From assembly GCA_964057225.1 (NCBI GenBank), contig CAXKVF010000073.1:1178001-1242000 (forward strand): a DNA stretch of 64,000 nucleotides, written 5' to 3'. This document shows, piece by piece, positions 60,001 through 64,000 of the stretch. The notes under the pieces were generated by a model. The model ran no database searches and was not told the origin of the DNA. It saw only the letters and a list, made by a program, of their open reading frames with translations. The translations under genes and the position numbers were made by a program. The stretch comes from Auanema rhodensis (Eukaryota > Animalia > Nematoda). Numbering within the stretch: position 1 is the stretch's first letter; every line of letters starts with the position of its first letter.

Positions 60001-62303
60001 ATGGACATGGGGAATCTAATTTTGAAAACCGCATCTCCTTATCTTTCACGTGAAGCGAGTTACATACCAAGTGCACATCACGTGTACATTTAATTAGCAT
60101 AAATTAAAGTTCACGTAAATTTCAAAGTCATGGTTACCATGCACCAATATCAATAAAAATTTGTTTTTAGACTAATATGGACATGGGGAATCTAATTTTG
60201 AAAACCGCATCTCTTTATCTTTCACGTGAAGCGAGTTACATACCAAGTGCACATCACGTGTACATTTAATTAGCATAAATTAAAGTTCACGTAAATTTCA
60301 AAGTCATGGTTACCATGCACCAATATCAATAAAAATTTGTTTTTAGACTAATATGGACATGGGGAATCTAATTTTGAAAACCGCATCTCTTTATCTTTCA
60401 CGTGAAGCGAGTTACATACCAAGTGCACATCACGTGTACATTTAATTAGCATAAATTAAAGTTCACGTAAATTTCAAAGTCATGGTTACCATGAACCAAT
60501 ATCAATAAAAATTTGTTTTTAGACTAATATGGACATGGGGAATCTAATTTTGAAAACCGCATCTCTTTATCTTTCACGTGAAGCGAGTTACATACCAAGT
60601 GCACATCACGTGTACATTTAATTAGCATAAATTAAAGTTCACGTAATTTTCAAAGTCATGGTTACCATGAACCAATATCAATAAAAATTTGTTTTTAGAC
60701 TAATATGGACATGGGGAATCTAATTTCGAAAACCGCATCTCCTTATCTTTCACGTGAAGCGAGTTACATACCAAGTGCACATCACGTGTACATTTAATTA
60801 GCATAAATTAAAGTTCACGTAAATTTCAAAGTCATGGTTACCATGCACCAATATCAATAAAAATTTGTTTTTAGACTAATATGGACATGGGGAATCTAAT
60901 TTTGAAAACCGCATCTCCTTATCTTTCACGTGAAGCGAGTTACATACCAAGTGCACATCACGTGTACATTTAATTAGCATAAATTAAAGTTCACGTAAAT
61001 TTCAAAGTCATGGTTACCATGCACCAATATCAATAAAAATTTGTTTTTAGACTAATATGGACATGGGGAATCTAATTTTGAAAACCGCATCTCTTCATCT
61101 TTCACGTGAAGCGAGTTACATACCAAGTGCACATCACGTGTACATTTAAGTAGCATAAATTAAAGTTCACGTAAATTTCAAAGTCATGGTTACCATGCAC
61201 CAATATCAATAAAAATTTGTTTTTAGACTAATATGGACATGGGGAATCTAATTTTGAAAACCGCATCTCTTTATCTTTCACGTGAAGCGAGTTACATACC
61301 AAGTGCACATCACGTGTACATTTAATTAGCATAAATTAAAGTTCACGTAAATTTCAAAGTCATGGTTACCATGCACCAATGTCAATAAAAATTTGTTTTT
61401 AGACTAATATGGACATGGGGAATCTAATTTTGAAAACCGCATCTCTTCATCTTTCACGTGAAGCGAGTTACATACCAAGTGCACATCACGTGTACATTTA
61501 ATTAGCATAAATTAAAGTTCACGTAAATTTCAAAGTCATGGTTACCATGCACCAATATCAATAAAAATTTGTTTTTAGACTAATATGGACATGGGGAATC
61601 TAATTTTGAAAACCGCATCTCTTTATCTTTCACGTGAAGCGAGTTACATACCAAGTGCACATCACGTGTACATTTAATTAGCATAAATTAAAGTTCACGT
61701 AAATTTCAAAGTCATGGTTACCATGCACCAATGTCAATAAAAATTTGTTTTTAGACTAATATGGACATGGGAAATCTAATTTTGAAAACCGCATCTCTTT
61801 ATCTTTCACGTGAAGCGAGTTACATACCAAGTGCACATCACGTGTACATTTAATTAGCATAAATTAAAGTTCACGTAAATTTCAAAGTCATGGTTACCAT
61901 GCACCAATGTCAATAAAAATTTGTTTTTAGACTAATATGGACATGGGAAATCTAATTTTGAAAACCGCATCTCTTCATCTTTCACGTGAAGCGAGTTACA
62001 TACCAAGTGCACATCACGTGTACATTTAATTAGCATAAATTAAAGTTCACGTAAATTTCAAAGTCATGGTTACCATGCACCAATATCAATAAAAATTTGT
62101 TTTTAGACTAATATGGACATGGGGAATCTAATTTTGAAAACCGCATCTCTTTATCTTTCACGTGAAGCGAGTTACATACCAAGTGCACATCACGTGTACA
62201 TTTAATTAGCATAAATTAAAGTTCACGTAAATTTCAAAGTCATGGTTACCATGAACCAATATCAATAAAAATTTGTTTTTAGACTAATATGGACATGGGG
62301 AAT
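57026..62303 (+). repeat. Long-range paralogous block of 36.6-47.7 kb (shorter version)
   Basis: Rare variants recur in the same order at offsets of 116, 115, 90 and 83 monomers (see findings). Confidence 0.88.
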
Positions 62304-64000
62304 CTAATTTTGAAAACCGCATCTCTTCATCTTTCACGTGAAGCGAGTTACATACCAAGTGCACATCACGTGTACATTTAATTAGCATAAATTAAAGTTC
62401 ACGTAAATTTCAAAGTCATGGTTACCATGCACCAATATCAATAAAAATTTGTTTTTAGACTAATATGGACATGGGGAATCTAATTTTGAAAACCGCATCT
62501 CTTTATCTTTCACGTGAAGCGAGTTACATACCAAGTGCACATCACGTGTACATTTAATTAGCATAAATTAAAGTTCACGTAAATTTCAAAGTCATGGTTA
62601 CCATGCACCAATATCAATAAAAATTTGTTTTTAGACTAATATGGACATGGGGAATCTAATTTTGAAAACCGCATCTCTTTATCTTTCACGTGAAGCGAGT
62701 TACATACCAAGTGCACATCACGTGTACATTTAATTAGCATAAATTAAAGTTCACGTAAATTTCAAAGTCATGGTTACCATGAACCAATATCAATAAAAAT
62801 TTGTTTTTAGACTAATATGGACATGGGGAATCTAATTTTGAAAACCGCATCTCTTCATCTTTCACGTGAAGCGAGTTACATACCAAGTGCACATCACGTG
62901 TACATTTAATTAGCATAAATTAAAGTTCACGTAAATTTCAAAGTCATGGTTACCATGCACCAATATCAATAAAAATTTGTTTTTAGACTAATATGGACAT
63001 GGGGAATCTAATTTTGAAAACCGCATCTCTTTATCTTTCACGTGAAGCGAGTTACATACCAAGTGCACATCACGTGTACATTTAATTAGCATAAATTAAA
63101 GTTCACGTAAATTTCAAAGTCATGGTTACCATGAACCAATATCAATAAAAATTTGTTTTTAGACTAATATGGACATGGGGAATCTAATTTTGAAAACCGC
63201 ATCTCTTCATCTTTCACGTGAAGCGAGTTACATACCAAGTGCACATCACGTGTACATTTAATTAGCATAAATTAAAGTTCACGTAAATTTCAAAGTCATG
63301 GTTACCATGCACCAATATCAATAAAAATTTGTTTTTAGACTAATATGAACATGGGGAATCTAATTTTGAAAACCGCATCTCTTTATCTTTCACGTGAAGC
63401 GAGTTACATACCAAGTGCACATCACGTGTACATTTAATTAGCATAAATTAAAGTTCACGTAAATTTCAAAGTCATGGTTACCATGCACCAATATCAATAA
63501 AAATTTGTTTTTAGACTAATATGGACATGGGGAATCTAATTTTGAAAACCGCATCTCTTTATCTTTCACGTGAAGCGAGTTACATACCAAGTGCACATCA
63601 CGTGTACATTTAATTAGCATAAATTAAAGTTCACGTAAATTTCAAAGTCATGGTTACCATGCACCAATGTCAATAAAAATTTGTTTTTAGACTAATATGG
63701 ACATGGGAAATCTAATTTTGAAAACCGCATCTCTTCATCTTTCACGTGAAGCGAGTTACATACCAAGTGCACATCACGTGTACATTTAATTAGCATAAAT
63801 TAAAGTTCACGTAAATTTCAAAGTCATGGTTACCATGCACCAATATCAATAAAAATTTGTTTTTAGACTAATATGGACATGGGGAATCTAATTTTGGAAA
63901 CCGCATCTCTTTATCTTTCACGTGAAGCGAGTTACATACCAAGTGCACATCACGTGTACATTTAATTAGCATAAATTAAAGTTCACGTAAATTTCAAAGT

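Larger units (their letters stand above)
1..64000 (+). repeat. Tandem satellite DNA array, 176-bp monomer, ~363.6 copies, probably centromeric/pericentromeric
   Basis: 'ctaattttgaaaaccgc' recurs at 1, 177, 881, 2641, 5281, 7921 (period 176). The last monomer starts at 63888 = 1+363x176-1, matching the net -1 bp of the 7 indels seen. The array runs off both window edges. The satellite call is direct; the centromeric role is inferred from size and homogeneity only. Confidence 0.99.

Noticed and set aside
1-64000. CRISPR array or repeat-spacer system
   Set aside because: The entire 176 bp is repeated; there are no unique spacers, leader or cas genes.
1-64000. Protein-coding tandem repeat ORF
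   Set aside because: 176 is not a multiple of 3, so reading cycles through all frames, and stop codons are frequent on both strands. The ATGs open only short frames.
1-64000. Artefactual concatemer (rolling-circle product or collapsed assembly)
   Set aside because: Structured, position-dependent variants and nested duplications are not expected from copying a single template.
1-64000. 5S rDNA, tRNA or snRNA tandem gene cluster, telomeric repeat, or embedded transposon
   Set aside because: No recognisable RNA gene or telomere motif, and the 176-bp register is maintained throughout, leaving no room for an insertion.

Overview
The whole 64-kb window is one uninterrupted head-to-tail tandem array of a 176-bp AT-rich satellite monomer (about 32% GC): 363 complete copies plus a 113-bp partial copy, all in one orientation. 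Consensus (window 1-176): ctaattttgaaaaccgcatctctttatctttcacgtgaagcgagttacataccaagtgcacatcacgtgtacatttaattagcataaattaaagttcacgtaaatttcaaagtcatggttaccatgaaccaatatcaataaaaatttgtttttagactaatatggacatggggaat. Most monomers differ from it at only 0-3 positions. I found no genes, RNA genes, transposon insertions, inversions or CRISPR spacers. Monomer length, homogeneity and array size fit a eukaryotic centromeric or pericentromeric satellite; I cannot name the organism or family. The informative structure is (i) a monomer rich in short dyads with three TCACGT cores spaced 32-33 bp apart, (ii) variant domains that turn over along the array, and (iii) nested block duplications of 2, 3, 5, 7, 11, 13 and 19 monomers plus a long-range duplication relating 36.6-47.7 kb to 57.0-62.3 kb. 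Variants are named by monomer position (e.g. A127C). All comparisons were made by eye, so rare variants may have been missed. I see no evidence of a new gene-encoded system here.
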